Counted from the stretch's first letter, positions 43,710-55,990 are shown. The stretch: DNA of 64,000 nucleotides from an uncultured Prochlorococcus sp. (GCA_902574425.1 CACGNA010000002.1:2593-66592); one strand, 5' to 3'. The notes: a model not told the origin generated them from the sequence alone. Program-made: numbers and translations.

Positions 43710-44057
43710 TTGTCAAAATCTTTTTATAAAAATAGTATTTTTTACAAAAAATATCTAGGACCTGCATTTAAAAGAAAGCAACAGAAACAGGAAAATTTTG
43801 TATCTTTAGTGTTTTTAATTATAAAAATTTGCTTTTCCCTCATAGCAATAATAAGCTTGATTAAGCTTGGCTATAGTTCCAAAGTTAGATTAACCAGATT
43901 AAGGGAAATTCAAGACTCATTTTCACACGAAAAATATCGATTTAATGTTTTTACAAGTAGGTTTGATGATTTATTTTCTTCTGAAGGTGAGCAAAGATTT
44001 ATGAAGGATCAGGATCAAATAATTTCTAGGGACATTATCAGAGTAATATGGCGATGA
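43710..44057 (+). CDS. Conserved hypothetical bitopic protein (FtsB/DivIC-like topology)
   Basis: TM helix, coiled coil, C-terminal IRVIW strand. Confidence 0.6.
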   Translation: MSKSFYKNSIFYKKYLGPAFKRKQQKQENFVSLVFLIIKICFSLIAIISLIKLGYSSKVRLTRLREIQDSFSHEKYRFNVFTSRFDDLFSSEGEQRFMKDQDQIISRDIIRVIWR

Positions 44058-44111
44058 TAAGGATGATCTAGAATCATTTTACTTATCATTTTTCTATTAA
44101 CTTTTTTGCTA

Positions 44112-45116
44112 GTGAGTAAGAACATGAAGGGTTTAGTCCTAATAACAGGAACAACTTCAGGGGTTGGATTAAATACTCTAAAACCTCTTTTAAGATTTGG
44201 ATGGGAAGTTATAGCTGTTAATCGATCAAACAAAAGAGCGATAACAATAGCTGAGGAATTATTGACAAAAGAGGAAATTAAAAATGTTCACTTTATAGAA
44301 ATAGATCTTTCTAACTTGGATGATGTAAGAAAAGGTTGCGATGAGATATTGGAAAAATTTAGAAACCCTATAAATTCTCTGATTTGTAATGCAGCAGTTT
44401 ATAAACCTAGACTAAAGAGACCTGAAAGATCTCCTCAGGGTTTTGAAAACTCTATGGCAGTAAATCATTTTGGGCATTTTCTTATGATAAACCTGCTTTT
44501 AGAAAATATTTTATCTTCAGAAAGTGAAATTGTTTTAAATGGTAAATCTACTGTATTCAAGCCAAGGATTACAGTATTAGGAACTGTCACAGCTAATTAT
44601 TCAGAACTTGGAGGTAGGATACCCATTCCTGCCCCAGCTGACCTTGGAGATTTATCTGGATTTAAAAATGGTTTTTTATCTCCAATAAGTATGGCGAATG
44701 GAAAGAAATTTAAACCTGGTAAGGCTTATAAGGATAGTAAACTTTGCAATATGGTGACCGTTCAGGAATTATCAAAAAGATATCCTGCAGAGAAAATTAT
44801 TGTTAATTCTCTATATCCTGGATGTGTTGCTGAAACTAAACTTTTTAGAGATACACCTTGGTTATTTAGATTTCTTTTCCCAATATTTCAAAAATTCATA
44901 ACAAGAGGATATGTGTCACAAAGATTGGCAGGAGAGAGGGTCGCTCAAGTGGCAACTTATAAAGAATATGCCAAACCATCAGTTCATTGGAGTTGGGGAA
45001 ATCGTCAAAAAAAGGGCAGAAAAGCTTTTTCTCAGAAGTTGTCAAAAAGAATAATTGATACGAATACCTCTAAACAAACTTATGATTTAACAAAAAGATT
45101 GGTTGGATTAAATTAA
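44112..45116 (+). CDS. por: Light-dependent protochlorophyllide oxidoreductase (start GTG 44112 or ATG 44124)
   Basis: TGTTSGVG, CNAAVY, NHFGHF, AYKDSKLCN, LYPGCVA. Confidence 0.9.
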   Translation: MSKNMKGLVLITGTTSGVGLNTLKPLLRFGWEVIAVNRSNKRAITIAEELLTKEEIKNVHFIEIDLSNLDDVRKGCDEILEKFRNPINSLICNAAVYKPRLKRPERSPQGFENSMAVNHFGHFLMINLLLENILSSESEIVLNGKSTVFKPRITVLGTVTANYSELGGRIPIPAPADLGDLSGFKNGFLSPISMANGKKFKPGKAYKDSKLCNMVTVQELSKRYPAEKIIVNSLYPGCVAETKLFRDTPWLFRFLFPIFQKFITRGYVSQRLAGERVAQVATYKEYAKPSVHWSWGNRQKKGRKAFSQKLSKRIIDTNTSKQTYDLTKRLVGLN

Positions 45117-45122
45117 TTAAGA

Positions 45123-46010
<888 letters not shown>

Positions 46011-46203
46011 TTAAATAGCAAAAATACACATTGTTATTTATATTCTTGCAGCGCAAATACCATATGGAATCTATTTCTAAACAAATGTTTATCTATTTAA
46101 ATTAAATATACAAGAAATGTTGTAATAGCAGCATCTTTAGCGACTATTCTTTTATCCTATGAGTCGAAATACTCATGCCTAAATTATATTTTTTTAGTAA
46201 AGC

Positions 46204-47775
46204 TTAGCTGTAAAATGCTTTTGCGTCGTAAAGGGTTTCATCGCTAATTTCTGGGATACCTTTAGAAATAGCGTATTTCTCTGTATTTGTTTTGACTTTA
46301 CCTCTTACAAAAAATGGAACCTTTGTTAATTCGGCTCTACCAGATTCAGTCCACATAATTACCTCTTTATTTTTATTTCCTTCTTTCCCTTTCGAATTTA
46401 TATGATCCTTAACTTTTGTAGCAGTATGACCCAAGTGACTTTGATGGCCATCAACAAATTCAAAATCATGTTTAAACATATCAATAAGATGTTCTTCTAA
46501 ACCCATCATTAGTGGATGTACCCAGTCATCAAAAATTACATTTGCCCCTTCCCATCCCATTTGAGGGCTGTATCTAGCAGGAACATCTTGAACATGCATT
46601 GGAGTACTTATTACTGAGCAAGGTATGCCAAGCCTTTTTGCACTATGTCTTTCCATCTGTGTACCTAGAACTAATTCAGGCGCAGCTTTTTTCATCGCAT
46701 CTTCCACTTCTAGGTAGCTATTAGTGATTAGTGCTTCTATATTTAAATCCTTAGCAGCAGATCTTACTTGTCTTGCCATTTCTCTGCTGTAGGTTCCTAG
46801 ACCTACGACTTCAAAGCCTAATTCATCTTTGGCAATTTTGGCTGCTGCGATAGCATGAGTACCGTCACCAAAGATAAAAACCCTTTTCCCCGTCAAATAA
46901 TTAGAATCAACTGACTTTGAATACCATGGAAGTTTTGACTTGTGCTCTAGTTCTCCTTTATTCGTTAAAGGGAGGTCAAGCTTTTCATGAACTTCATGAA
47001 TAAAATTAATAGTATTTTTTATACCAATTGGAATAGTAGTGGTATATTCCATTCCGCAATTACGCTTAAGCCATTCACAAGAAATCTCAGCAATCTCTTG
47101 ATATAGACAAACATTAATATCAGCATCAGTTAATCTCTCAATATCTTTTGGACTTGAACCGAGTGGTGCAACTACATTAGTATCAATACCTTGCTCTGAA
47201 AGTATACGTTGAATCTCGATTACATCATCTCTGCATCTAAATCCTAACAATGTAGGGCCTAATATATTAACTTTAGGTCTTCGACCTAAAGACTTCCATC
47301 TTTGAGGGTTGATTTTATCAATTTCATTTACCTTATCTTTTAAAAGAGTTCTAATTATTTGATAAAAGGTTTCTGACGCTCCCCAGTTTTCTTTTTTGCT
47401 GTAAGCAGGAAGTTCAAGGTTGACAATTGGAATATCAAAACCCATACCCTTAGCAAGAGCTCCCGGCTGATCTTGTATTAGTTCAGCAGTACAACTTTCT
47501 CCAACTAAAAGGGTTTTTGGTTTAAATCTTTCAACTGCCTCAGTAATATTCCTTTTAACTAATTCGGCTGTATCTCCTCCTAAATCTCTAGCTTGAAACG
47601 TTGTATAAGTTACAGGAGGTCTCTGACCTCTTCTCTCAATCATTGTAAAAAGGAGATCTGCATAAGTATCTCCTTGAGGAGCATGTAGTACGTAATGAAT
47701 ATCTTTCATTGATGAAGCCACTCTCATTGCACCTACATGAGGAGGCCCTTCATATGTCCAAAGTGTTAATTCCAT
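46204..47775 (-). CDS. chlB: DPOR subunit B
   Basis: [24 protein letters not shown]; C-terminal PCP-red domain (VPFFVRGK). Confidence 0.97.
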   Translation of the reverse strand: MELTLWTYEGPPHVGAMRVASSMKDIHYVLHAPQGDTYADLLFTMIERRGQRPPVTYTTFQARDLGGDTAELVKRNITEAVERFKPKTLLVGESCTAELIQDQPGALAKGMGFDIPIVNLELPAYSKKENWGASETFYQIIRTLLKDKVNEIDKINPQRWKSLGRRPKVNILGPTLLGFRCRDDVIEIQRILSEQGIDTNVVAPLGSSPKDIERLTDADINVCLYQEIAEISCEWLKRNCGMEYTTTIPIGIKNTINFIHEVHEKLDLPLTNKGELEHKSKLPWYSKSVDSNYLTGKRVFIFGDGTHAIAAAKIAKDELGFEVVGLGTYSREMARQVRSAAKDLNIEALITNSYLEVEDAMKKAAPELVLGTQMERHSAKRLGIPCSVISTPMHVQDVPARYSPQMGWEGANVIFDDWVHPLMMGLEEHLIDMFKHDFEFVDGHQSHLGHTATKVKDHINSKGKEGNKNKEVIMWTESGRAELTKVPFFVRGKVKTNTEKYAISKGIPEISDETLYDAKAFYS

Positions 47776-47778
47776 AAT

Positions 47779-49044
<1,266 letters not shown>

Positions 49045-49192
49045 TTAGAGCTTATCCTTTAAGCTTGCATAAACTTTTTAATTTAAGAAAGTAATTAATA
49101 AGTTCTCTTACAAAATGCACACATTTAAAAAACTTATATGAATGTTTAAATACTTAAATGAGAATTATTCAATAGACTTTTTATGGGTGTTT

Positions 49193-49561
49193 TTAATTTC
49201 TGTAGAAGGAATTTCCTTGACTTGTTTTTGAAATCCTCCATACATTTCTAGCTATTTTCGTAGCTAATAATCCTGCTCTTTCTAACTTAGATTTCCCTGG
49301 CTTTGCTCCAATTAAGGCTGTCACTTCTGATGTAGTTAAAGGTGCTCCGGTATTAATAGCTAATTGCGTTAACTCCAATCTATCTCTAAGGTTCTTAAGA
49401 TTTACTTTCTCTATAGTATCTTCTTCTAACCAACTAAAAGATGGATCTTTCTGAGATAGTTTTTGCATCAAGCTTAAGCTTACTAATCCAAGAGTTTGAT
49501 CAGGAGTTAATTCTTTTTCAGTAAAAGAAACATTTGGTTCTTTTTTTTGAGATGTTCCCAT
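49193..49561 (-). CDS. Conserved hypothetical protein with possible winged-helix C-terminus
   Basis: 122-aa ORF; LTTSEVTALIG followed by two short strands. Confidence 0.7.
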   Translation of the reverse strand: MGTSQKKEPNVSFTEKELTPDQTLGLVSLSLMQKLSQKDPSFSWLEEDTIEKVNLKNLRDRLELTQLAINTGAPLTTSEVTALIGAKPGKSKLERAGLLATKIARNVWRISKTSQGNSFYRN

Positions 49562-49658
49562 GAAAATCCATATCTTTTACTTGAAGTTATCGTTTTGTGG
49601 GCAGCATGCAAGTAAATTTAATAGAAAAAAGGAACCATTATCCGTTATAGTCTCGTGA

Positions 49659-50429
49659 ATGGAACCAACTTCTAGCTTTAATAGAGGGGAACGAAAAAAA
49701 GGAAGTTCTCTTGTCACAGGATCTGAGGTGCAATCTCAGGCCAGTGGAGCTAGCTGTTTTATTACGACTGATTCAGAAAAATCTTTGGTATCCAGACAAG
49801 CAAGTCAAGTTGAGCAAATTGAGTTGAGAACATATGTTTTTTTAGATTCTCTGCAACCTCAATTAGCGGCATATATGGGAACGGTGAGTAGAGGTTTTTT
49901 ACCTATTCCTGGGGATTCATGTCTTTGGATGGAAGTTTCTCCTGGGATGGCCGTTCATAGAGTTACTGATATTGCATTAAAAGCAAGTAATGTAAGACTT
50001 GGACAAATGATTGTTGAAAGAGCATTTGGATCTCTAGCTCTTTACCATAAAGATCAAAGCACAGTTTTACATTCTGGTGATGTCGTTCTAGATGCTATTG
50101 GAAGTGAAGTTAGAAAAAGAACAAAACCTTCAACAAGTTGGACTGAAGTTATTCGAGCTATTACTCCAGATCATGCCGTTTTGATAAATAGACAAAACAG
50201 AAGTGGATCAATGATTCAATCTGGAATGAGCATGTTCATATTAGAAACCGAACCAGCTGGTTATGTTTTGAAAGCAGCAAATGAAGCTGAAAAAGCATCT
50301 AATATAACCGTTGTTGATGTTAAGGCAGTTGGAGCTTTTGGTAGATTAACTCTTGCCGGGAAAGAAGGGGATGTAGAAGAAGCGGCAGCTGCGGCCATAA
50401 GAGCAATTGAAGAAATTTCAAATTATTGA
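49659..50429 (+). CDS. csoS1D: Tandem-BMC-domain carboxysome shell protein CsoS1D
   Basis: [31 protein letters not shown]; position upstream of the cso operon. Confidence 0.93.
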   Translation: MEPTSSFNRGERKKGSSLVTGSEVQSQASGASCFITTDSEKSLVSRQASQVEQIELRTYVFLDSLQPQLAAYMGTVSRGFLPIPGDSCLWMEVSPGMAVHRVTDIALKASNVRLGQMIVERAFGSLALYHKDQSTVLHSGDVVLDAIGSEVRKRTKPSTSWTEVIRAITPDHAVLINRQNRSGSMIQSGMSMFILETEPAGYVLKAANEAEKASNITVVDVKAVGAFGRLTLAGKEGDVEEAAAAAIRAIEEISNY

Positions 50430-50436
50430 TAATTTT

Positions 50437-51021
50437 TTATTTCAAGCCAATTTCATTTTTTAAAAAAGGAGACATAATTTTTGCTGCTTTACCCCTGCTT
50501 CCTAATTTACTAAGTTGAGATTGAGATAGCTCTCCGTAAACACAGTTTGCTTCTTTAACCCAAAAAATAGATTCGAATTCTCCATTTGGGTATTTTGGGT
50601 TCTTAAGAATTTCTCCCCAACATATTCCTGTGGTCTCTTTAACTAAGTTTCCCAAAGGATCACATAAAACCATACAACTTATAAATCTTGCACTTCTATA
50701 TGGGCTTTCACTAAGTTCATTAATTAATTTTTTAACTTTTTCATCATTTGTTTTGGCATATCTCGCAGAATATATACCTGGCCGACCATCTAAATAATCC
50801 ACCTCAAGACCCGAATCATCAGCTAATGCCCATGTTTTTGTCTCTAAAGAAGCTGCTTTAGCTTTTAATAAGGCGTTCTCAAAGTAATTAGAGCCAGTCT
50901 CTTCTACATTTAAATATTCCGGTTGTTTCTCTACTTTTAAAGACAAAACATCTAACATTTCTGAAATTTCAGATACCTTTCTCTGATTACCACTAGCAAT
51001 AGTAAGTACTGGAATAGTCAA
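50437..51021 (-). CDS. Ham1/RdgB-family NTP pyrophosphatase homologue, divergent C-terminal motifs
   Basis: SGN..K..E, ETG....NA..KA, ADDSGL, PGIYSARY; lacks FGYDP and SHR. Confidence 0.88.
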   Translation of the reverse strand: MTIPVLTIASGNQRKVSEISEMLDVLSLKVEKQPEYLNVEETGSNYFENALLKAKAASLETKTWALADDSGLEVDYLDGRPGIYSARYAKTNDEKVKKLINELSESPYRSARFISCMVLCDPLGNLVKETTGICWGEILKNPKYPNGEFESIFWVKEANCVYGELSQSQLSKLGSRGKAAKIMSPFLKNEIGLK

Positions 51022-51070
51022 AACAGTTAATTTATTTAATTTGAGAATATTATCTTACTTCAAAGATTGA

Positions 51071-51137
51071 CGTGATACGGAGACAGGAAAGGTTGAACAT
51101 TCCACACCTGTGTAGACAGGGCCTGCCTCGTACTGAG
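51071..51137 (+). other. GC-rich intergenic element; candidate structured leader or ncRNA
   Basis: 33/60 GC in 51071-51130; ACAGG/CCTGT/ACAGG alternative pairings; contains GTTGAACATTCCACA. Confidence 0.4.
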
Positions 51138-51231
51138 ATAACTTAATGTAAATTTTTAATTAACACAACAGTATGTTTTGATGCTCTAACTAATTATCAT
51201 AAGGATTAATATATCAATAATACCAAGGGTG

Positions 51232-51246
51232 ATAAGTTTATCTTAT
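51232..51246. promoter_or_regulatory. LysR-type (CbbR/RbcR-like) box upstream of csoS1
   Basis: ATAAG-N5-CTTAT palindrome containing T-N11-A. Confidence 0.5.
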
Positions 51247-51289
51247 GAATGATAGAAAAAAGATTAATAGAGTTTTTAGGTAAAAACAC

Positions 51290-51338
51290 TTGACTTATAA
51301 GTACTCAATGGACCATTCTTGCAAACGAACATTCCACA
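51290..51338 (+). promoter_or_regulatory. Promoter of the csoS1-rbcLS operon followed by the GAACATTCCACA motif
   Basis: TTGACT (51290-51295), 18 nt, CATTCT (51314-51319); predicted TSS near 51326. Confidence 0.55.
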
Positions 51339-51357
51339 TTTAGTAATTTAGTAGGCA

Positions 51358-51669
51358 ATGGCTACAGAAACAATGGGTATCGCTCTCGGCATGATCGAGA
51401 CACGCGGACTTGTACCTGCAATTGAAGCAGCAGACGCAATGACCAAGGCAGCAGAAGTTCGTCTTATTGGTCGTGAATTCGTTGGTGGCGGTTATGTCAC
51501 AGTATTAGTAAGAGGCGAAACAGGAGCAGTTAACGCAGCTGTTAGAGCTGGTGCTGATGCTTGTGAAAGAGTTGGTGACGGATTAGTTGCAGCTCACATT
51601 ATCGCTCGTCCTCATAGAGAAGTTGAACCTGCTCTTGGCAATGGTGAATTTCTTGGTCAAAAGGACTAA
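51358..51669 (+). CDS. csoS1: Major carboxysome shell hexamer CsoS1
   Basis: ALGMIETRG, AADAMTKAA, RGETGAV, HIIARPH BMC motifs. Confidence 0.97.
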   Translation: MATETMGIALGMIETRGLVPAIEAADAMTKAAEVRLIGREFVGGGYVTVLVRGETGAVNAAVRAGADACERVGDGLVAAHIIARPHREVEPALGNGEFLGQKD

Positions 51670-51738
51670 TTAAGTAAAGCAAGATTTATAAATTTTGCAC
51701 AATAATTATTTTCCCTACACAGACCTAAATTTATCCTT

Positions 51739-53154
51739 ATGAGTAAGAAGTATGATGCAGGGGTAAAGGAGTACAGAGATACCTACTGGACTCCTGAATA
51801 TGTACCCCTAGACACCGATTTATTAGCCTGTTTCAAATGTACAGGTCAAGAAGGTGTTCCAAGAGAAGAAGTTGCAGCGGCTGTTGCAGCTGAATCTTCA
51901 ACAGGTACTTGGTCAACAGTTTGGTCCGAGTTACTTACAGACTTAGAATTTTATAAAGGACGTTGTTATCGAATAGAAGACGTTCCTGGAGATCCTGAAG
52001 CTTTTTATGCTTTTATTGCATATCCTTTAGATCTTTTTGAAGAAGGTTCTATCACAAACGTATTAACATCTCTAGTAGGAAACGTTTTTGGATTTAAAGC
52101 TTTAAGACATTTACGTCTAGAAGATATTAGATTCCCAATCGCTTTCATCAAAACTTGCGGTGGTCCACCAAATGGAATCGTAGTTGAAAGAGATCGTTTA
52201 AACAAATACGGAAGACCTCTTCTTGGTTGTACCATTAAACCTAAATTAGGATTATCTGGTAAAAACTATGGTCGAGTTGTATATGAGTGTCTTAGAGGCG
52301 GTCTTGATTTAACGAAGGATGATGAGAATATTAATTCTCAACCATTCCAGCGTTGGAGAGAAAGATTTGAGTTTGTTGCAGAGGCGGTAAAGCTTGCCCA
52401 GCAAGAAACTGGAGAAGTTAAAGGTCACTATTTAAACTGTACTGCTAACACTCCTGAAGAACTCTATGAAAGAGCCGAATTTGCAAAAGAACTAGATATG
52501 CCAATCATCATGCATGATTATATAACTGGTGGTTTTACTGCAAATACTGGATTAGCAAACTGGTGTCGTAAAAATGGCATGCTTCTGCATATTCACAGAG
52601 CTATGCATGCTGTTATAGATAGACATCCAAAGCATGGTATCCATTTCAGAGTTCTAGCAAAATGTTTAAGACTCTCCGGAGGAGATCAATTACATACTGG
52701 AACTGTTGTTGGAAAACTAGAAGGTGATCGTCAAACAACTCTTGGTTACATCGATAACTTAAGAGAGTCATTTGTTCCTGAAGATAGATCAAGAGGTAAC
52801 TTCTTTGATCAAGATTGGGGTTCAATGCCTGGAGTATTTGCCGTCGCATCAGGTGGTATCCACGTTTGGCATATGCCTGCACTTTTAGCGATTTTTGGAG
52901 ATGATTCTTGTCTTCAGTTTGGTGGAGGAACACATGGTCATCCATGGGGTTCAGCTGCTGGAGCTGCAGCGAACAGAGTCGCTTTAGAAGCTTGTGTTAA
53001 AGCACGTAATGCAGGTCGCGAAATCGAAAAAGAGAGTAGAGACATTCTTATGGAAGCTGCTAAGCATAGTCCTGAATTAGCTATTGCTCTTGAGACTTGG
53101 AAGGAAATCAAGTTTGAGTTTGATACCGTCGACAAGCTTGACGTTCAAGGTTAA
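51739..53154 (+). CDS. rbcL: Rubisco large subunit, form IA
   Basis: [10 protein letters not shown] catalytic motif, HIHRAMH, SGGIH, QFGGGT. Confidence 0.99.
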
Positions 53155-53168
53155 ACCAAATTTCAAAA

Positions 53169-53222
53169 TTGAGGAGATTCTTTTTCTCCTCAAACTTCTA
53201 CAAATCTCGTACTATTTACGAG
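53169..53222 (+). other. Two intercistronic hairpins between rbcL and rbcS
   Basis: TTGAGGAGA/TCTCCTCAA 9-bp stem (53169-53193) and CTCGTA/TACGAG (53206-53222); no U-tract. Confidence 0.55.
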
Positions 53223-53249
53223 TAATTTTCATTCACATTTAGATTAATT

Positions 53250-53591
53250 ATGCCTTTCCAGAGCACAGTAGGCGACTATCAAACAGTTGCAACCCTGGAA
53301 ACATTCGGTTTCTTACCACCGATGACCCAGGAAGAAATATATGATCAAATTGCATACATAATTGCTCAAGGTTGGAGTCCTGTAATTGAGCATGTTCACC
53401 CTAGTGGAAGTATGCAAACTTATTGGTCTTATTGGAAACTCCCATTCTTTGGGGAAAAAGATCTTAACTTGGTTGTAAGTGAATTAGAGGCATGTCATAG
53501 AGCATACCCTGATCATCATGTGAGAATCATCGGCTACGATGCTTACACTCAAAGCCAAGGAACAGCTTTTGTAGTTTTCCAAGGACGCTAA
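53250..53591 (+). CDS. rbcS: Rubisco small subunit
   Basis: ETFGFLPP, YWSYWKLPFF and RIIGYD motifs. Confidence 0.98.
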   Translation: MPFQSTVGDYQTVATLETFGFLPPMTQEEIYDQIAYIIAQGWSPVIEHVHPSGSMQTYWSYWKLPFFGEKDLNLVVSELEACHRAYPDHHVRIIGYDAYTQSQGTAFVVFQGR

Positions 53592-53613
53592 ATCTACTTT
53601 ATGTAGTAAATAT

Positions 53614-53648
53614 CTTTCTCCAAAAAAAAATTGGAGAAAGTTTTTTTT
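53614..53648 (+). terminator. Intrinsic terminator between rbcS and csoS2
   Basis: CTTTCTCCAA/TTGGAGAAAG perfect 10-bp stem, A7 loop, followed by T8. Confidence 0.8.
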
Positions 53649-53682
53649 AAGAGTTTTTTAAAGAGTTTTAAATTTGAAGATT

Positions 53683-55983
53683 ATGTCAAAAAAAACCAGT
53701 AGAGAGATTGCACTAGAAAGAAGAAAGGCCATGAGTGATAGCGGAAAAAAAGCTGCTGCTTATTCTTCCACTACTCAAGATAGAGTTCGATCTTCTCAAG
53801 ATATACAGATTTCTGGTACTCAGTCTTCTTCTAAAAATCAAAATATTATTAAATCCGCTAAAAAACATATTCCAAAAACTCAGATAAATAGAAAGTCAGC
53901 TTCAACAACTTTATCTAGTAAAGAGTTAGTTATAGAGAGAAGAAAAGCAATGTCTACTCATGGGAAATCAGCTGTAGCTTCATCTGATAGAACTCGTACT
54001 GATGTTAAAAAAGAAATTCCTGTAAAAGAAGTTAAATCAACTGCTTTTAAAAATCAAGAAATTCACGACTCAAATAATACAGAAACTAAAACACTAAAAC
54101 CAAACGTCAAAAGAAGAATTAATCAGAAGAGAAAACCTATTGCTAATACAAGTAGAGATATTGTTTTAGCAAGAAGAGAAGCTCAATCTAAGCATGGTAA
54201 ATCAGCATCTAAACAAAATACTAGTGCAGCTTCTTTAGCTAGAAGGGGAGATCCAGATTTAAGTAGTAGAGAAATTTCTCAGAGAGTAAGAGAGCTACGA
54301 AGTAAAACCGGTGCTACTGGTAGTAATAAAGGTAATGGGAAATGCAGACCATGTGGTCCAAATAAAAATGGAGCCAAACAAAATATTGCTGATGCAAGCT
54401 GGAAAGTTGGCAAAAGTGAAACTGATTCAGGTCAAATAGTTACTGGAACACAAGCCAATAGATCTCTAAAAACTACAGGTAATGAAGCAAGTACATGTAG
54501 AACAGTTACTGGTACCCAATATATGGGAGCAGATGTGATTGATCAATTTTGTCAAGATAGACCAAGTTATAAACAACCACTAAGATCTACTGTTACCTCA
54601 ACAACATCAGGTAATAAAGTAACGGGAAATGAAGTTGGTAGATCTGAGAGGGTCACAGGCGATGAGCCAGGAACTTGTAAAAACCTAACAGGTACTGAAT
54701 ATGTATCTGCTAATCAATCGCAGAAGTATTGTGGTGATGTTCCAAAAAATCCTTCAAAGGTTAAACATAGTACTACAACTGATGGATTAAAAGTCTCTGG
54801 ATCGCTTCCTGGTAGATCAACCCTAGTTACTGGAGATGAATCAGGTTCTGGACATCAATTAACTGGAGATCAATATCTTGGCTCTGAACCAAATCCAAAA
54901 GGTAAAGCATTTGAAAAAGTAGGCACTTACAACACTCTTAATGGGAATAACGTAACTGGTACAGGGGTAGGAAGATCAGACCTTATGACAGGTAATGAAC
55001 ATGGGAGTTGCAAGAATGTAACTGGTGATGAATACATAGGATCTCAGCAATATGAGAAGTTTTGCGGTTCAAAACCAAAACCAGAAGCTAGGAAAGTAGG
55101 TTTAAGTCTTTCTTCAAAGTCTAATTTGATAAGTGGGACTATGACAGGAAGATCAAAAACAGTAACTGGAGATGAACCAGGTTCTTGCAAAGTGTTAACA
55201 GGAACACCATACGCAGGCTTAGATCAGATAAATGAAAATTGTAGTACTGAAACTTCTGAAGATGTTAAATTCCAGGCAACAGTTAATTCTGGAAATAATT
55301 CAAATGCCAGACTTACAGGACAGCAACCAGGAATTGGCGGAGTAATGACAGGTGCTAAGAAAGGCGCTTGTAAGAATCTAACAGGAACTCCCTATATTGG
55401 TGGAGATCAGTTCTCAACAGCTTGTGATAATCCTCCACATGATACTGAGTATGCGAATCCGGAAAAGTCACCAGGTAATTCTTGGAACGAATTTTCTGTT
55501 AAGTCACCATCAAGAGAAAAATATTTAGAAAAACATACTCAAGGCGTTACCGGTAATGAATATGAAAATGGTTCAAAGATAACAGGACCTTTTGATATGG
55601 CTGTAGATAAAGTCACTGGAACTGAAAAATTCAGATTCGAACCGAATAAAAATATTACTTATAAACAAAAAATGCAAATTGAAGAGGCAGATCGTGCTGC
55701 AAAGACACCAGAAAAAAGAGTTGCATCTAGGATTACTGGTGAAGGTCAATCAGTGGGAAACGTAACTGGGGATGATTGGGATCGTGGTGATAAGGTAACA
55801 GGAACAGAGGGTGTTTCTTCTAGAAAGAGAAATCCATCAAGAGCAGGAAACATGAGTGCAATGCCCCCTTTAGAAGTTAAAAGAAATGAGGAAACAGAAA
55901 AACCAGATTTCTTGATAACAGGATCTAGTGGTAATACTCGTGATGGACAACTTGTTACCTTTTCAGGTGGTGCCAGAGGTTAA
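53683..55983 (+). CDS. csoS2: Carboxysome scaffold protein CsoS2
   Basis: Four N-peptides (e.g. SREIALERRKAMS), Cys-containing middle repeats with VTG/LTG triplets, C-terminal VTFSGGARG. Confidence 0.96.
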   Translation: MSKKTSREIALERRKAMSDSGKKAAAYSSTTQDRVRSSQDIQISGTQSSSKNQNIIKSAKKHIPKTQINRKSASTTLSSKELVIERRKAMSTHGKSAVASSDRTRTDVKKEIPVKEVKSTAFKNQEIHDSNNTETKTLKPNVKRRINQKRKPIANTSRDIVLARREAQSKHGKSASKQNTSAASLARRGDPDLSSREISQRVRELRSKTGATGSNKGNGKCRPCGPNKNGAKQNIADASWKVGKSETDSGQIVTGTQANRSLKTTGNEASTCRTVTGTQYMGADVIDQFCQDRPSYKQPLRSTVTSTTSGNKVTGNEVGRSERVTGDEPGTCKNLTGTEYVSANQSQKYCGDVPKNPSKVKHSTTTDGLKVSGSLPGRSTLVTGDESGSGHQLTGDQYLGSEPNPKGKAFEKVGTYNTLNGNNVTGTGVGRSDLMTGNEHGSCKNVTGDEYIGSQQYEKFCGSKPKPEARKVGLSLSSKSNLISGTMTGRSKTVTGDEPGSCKVLTGTPYAGLDQINENCSTETSEDVKFQATVNSGNNSNARLTGQQPGIGGVMTGAKKGACKNLTGTPYIGGDQFSTACDNPPHDTEYANPEKSPGNSWNEFSVKSPSREKYLEKHTQGVTGNEYENGSKITGPFDMAVDKVTGTEKFRFEPNKNITYKQKMQIEEADRAAKTPEKRVASRITGEGQSVGNVTGDDWDRGDKVTGTEGVSSRKRNPSRAGNMSAMPPLEVKRNEETEKPDFLITGSSGNTRDGQLVTFSGGARG

Positions 55984-55990
55984 GTAAATA

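Noticed and set aside
46159-46176. ATGAGT/ACTCAT hairpin downstream of chlB as a terminator
   Set aside because: Only a 6-bp stem with no U-tract on the chlB strand; at most a stability element.
53683-55983. CsoS2 repeats as a novel repeat array or a programmed -1 frameshift site
   Set aside because: The repeats are the known N-, M- and C-region motifs. I did not see the C-CCA-AAG slippery site described for Halothiobacillus, and A-runs are expected in AT-rich DNA.
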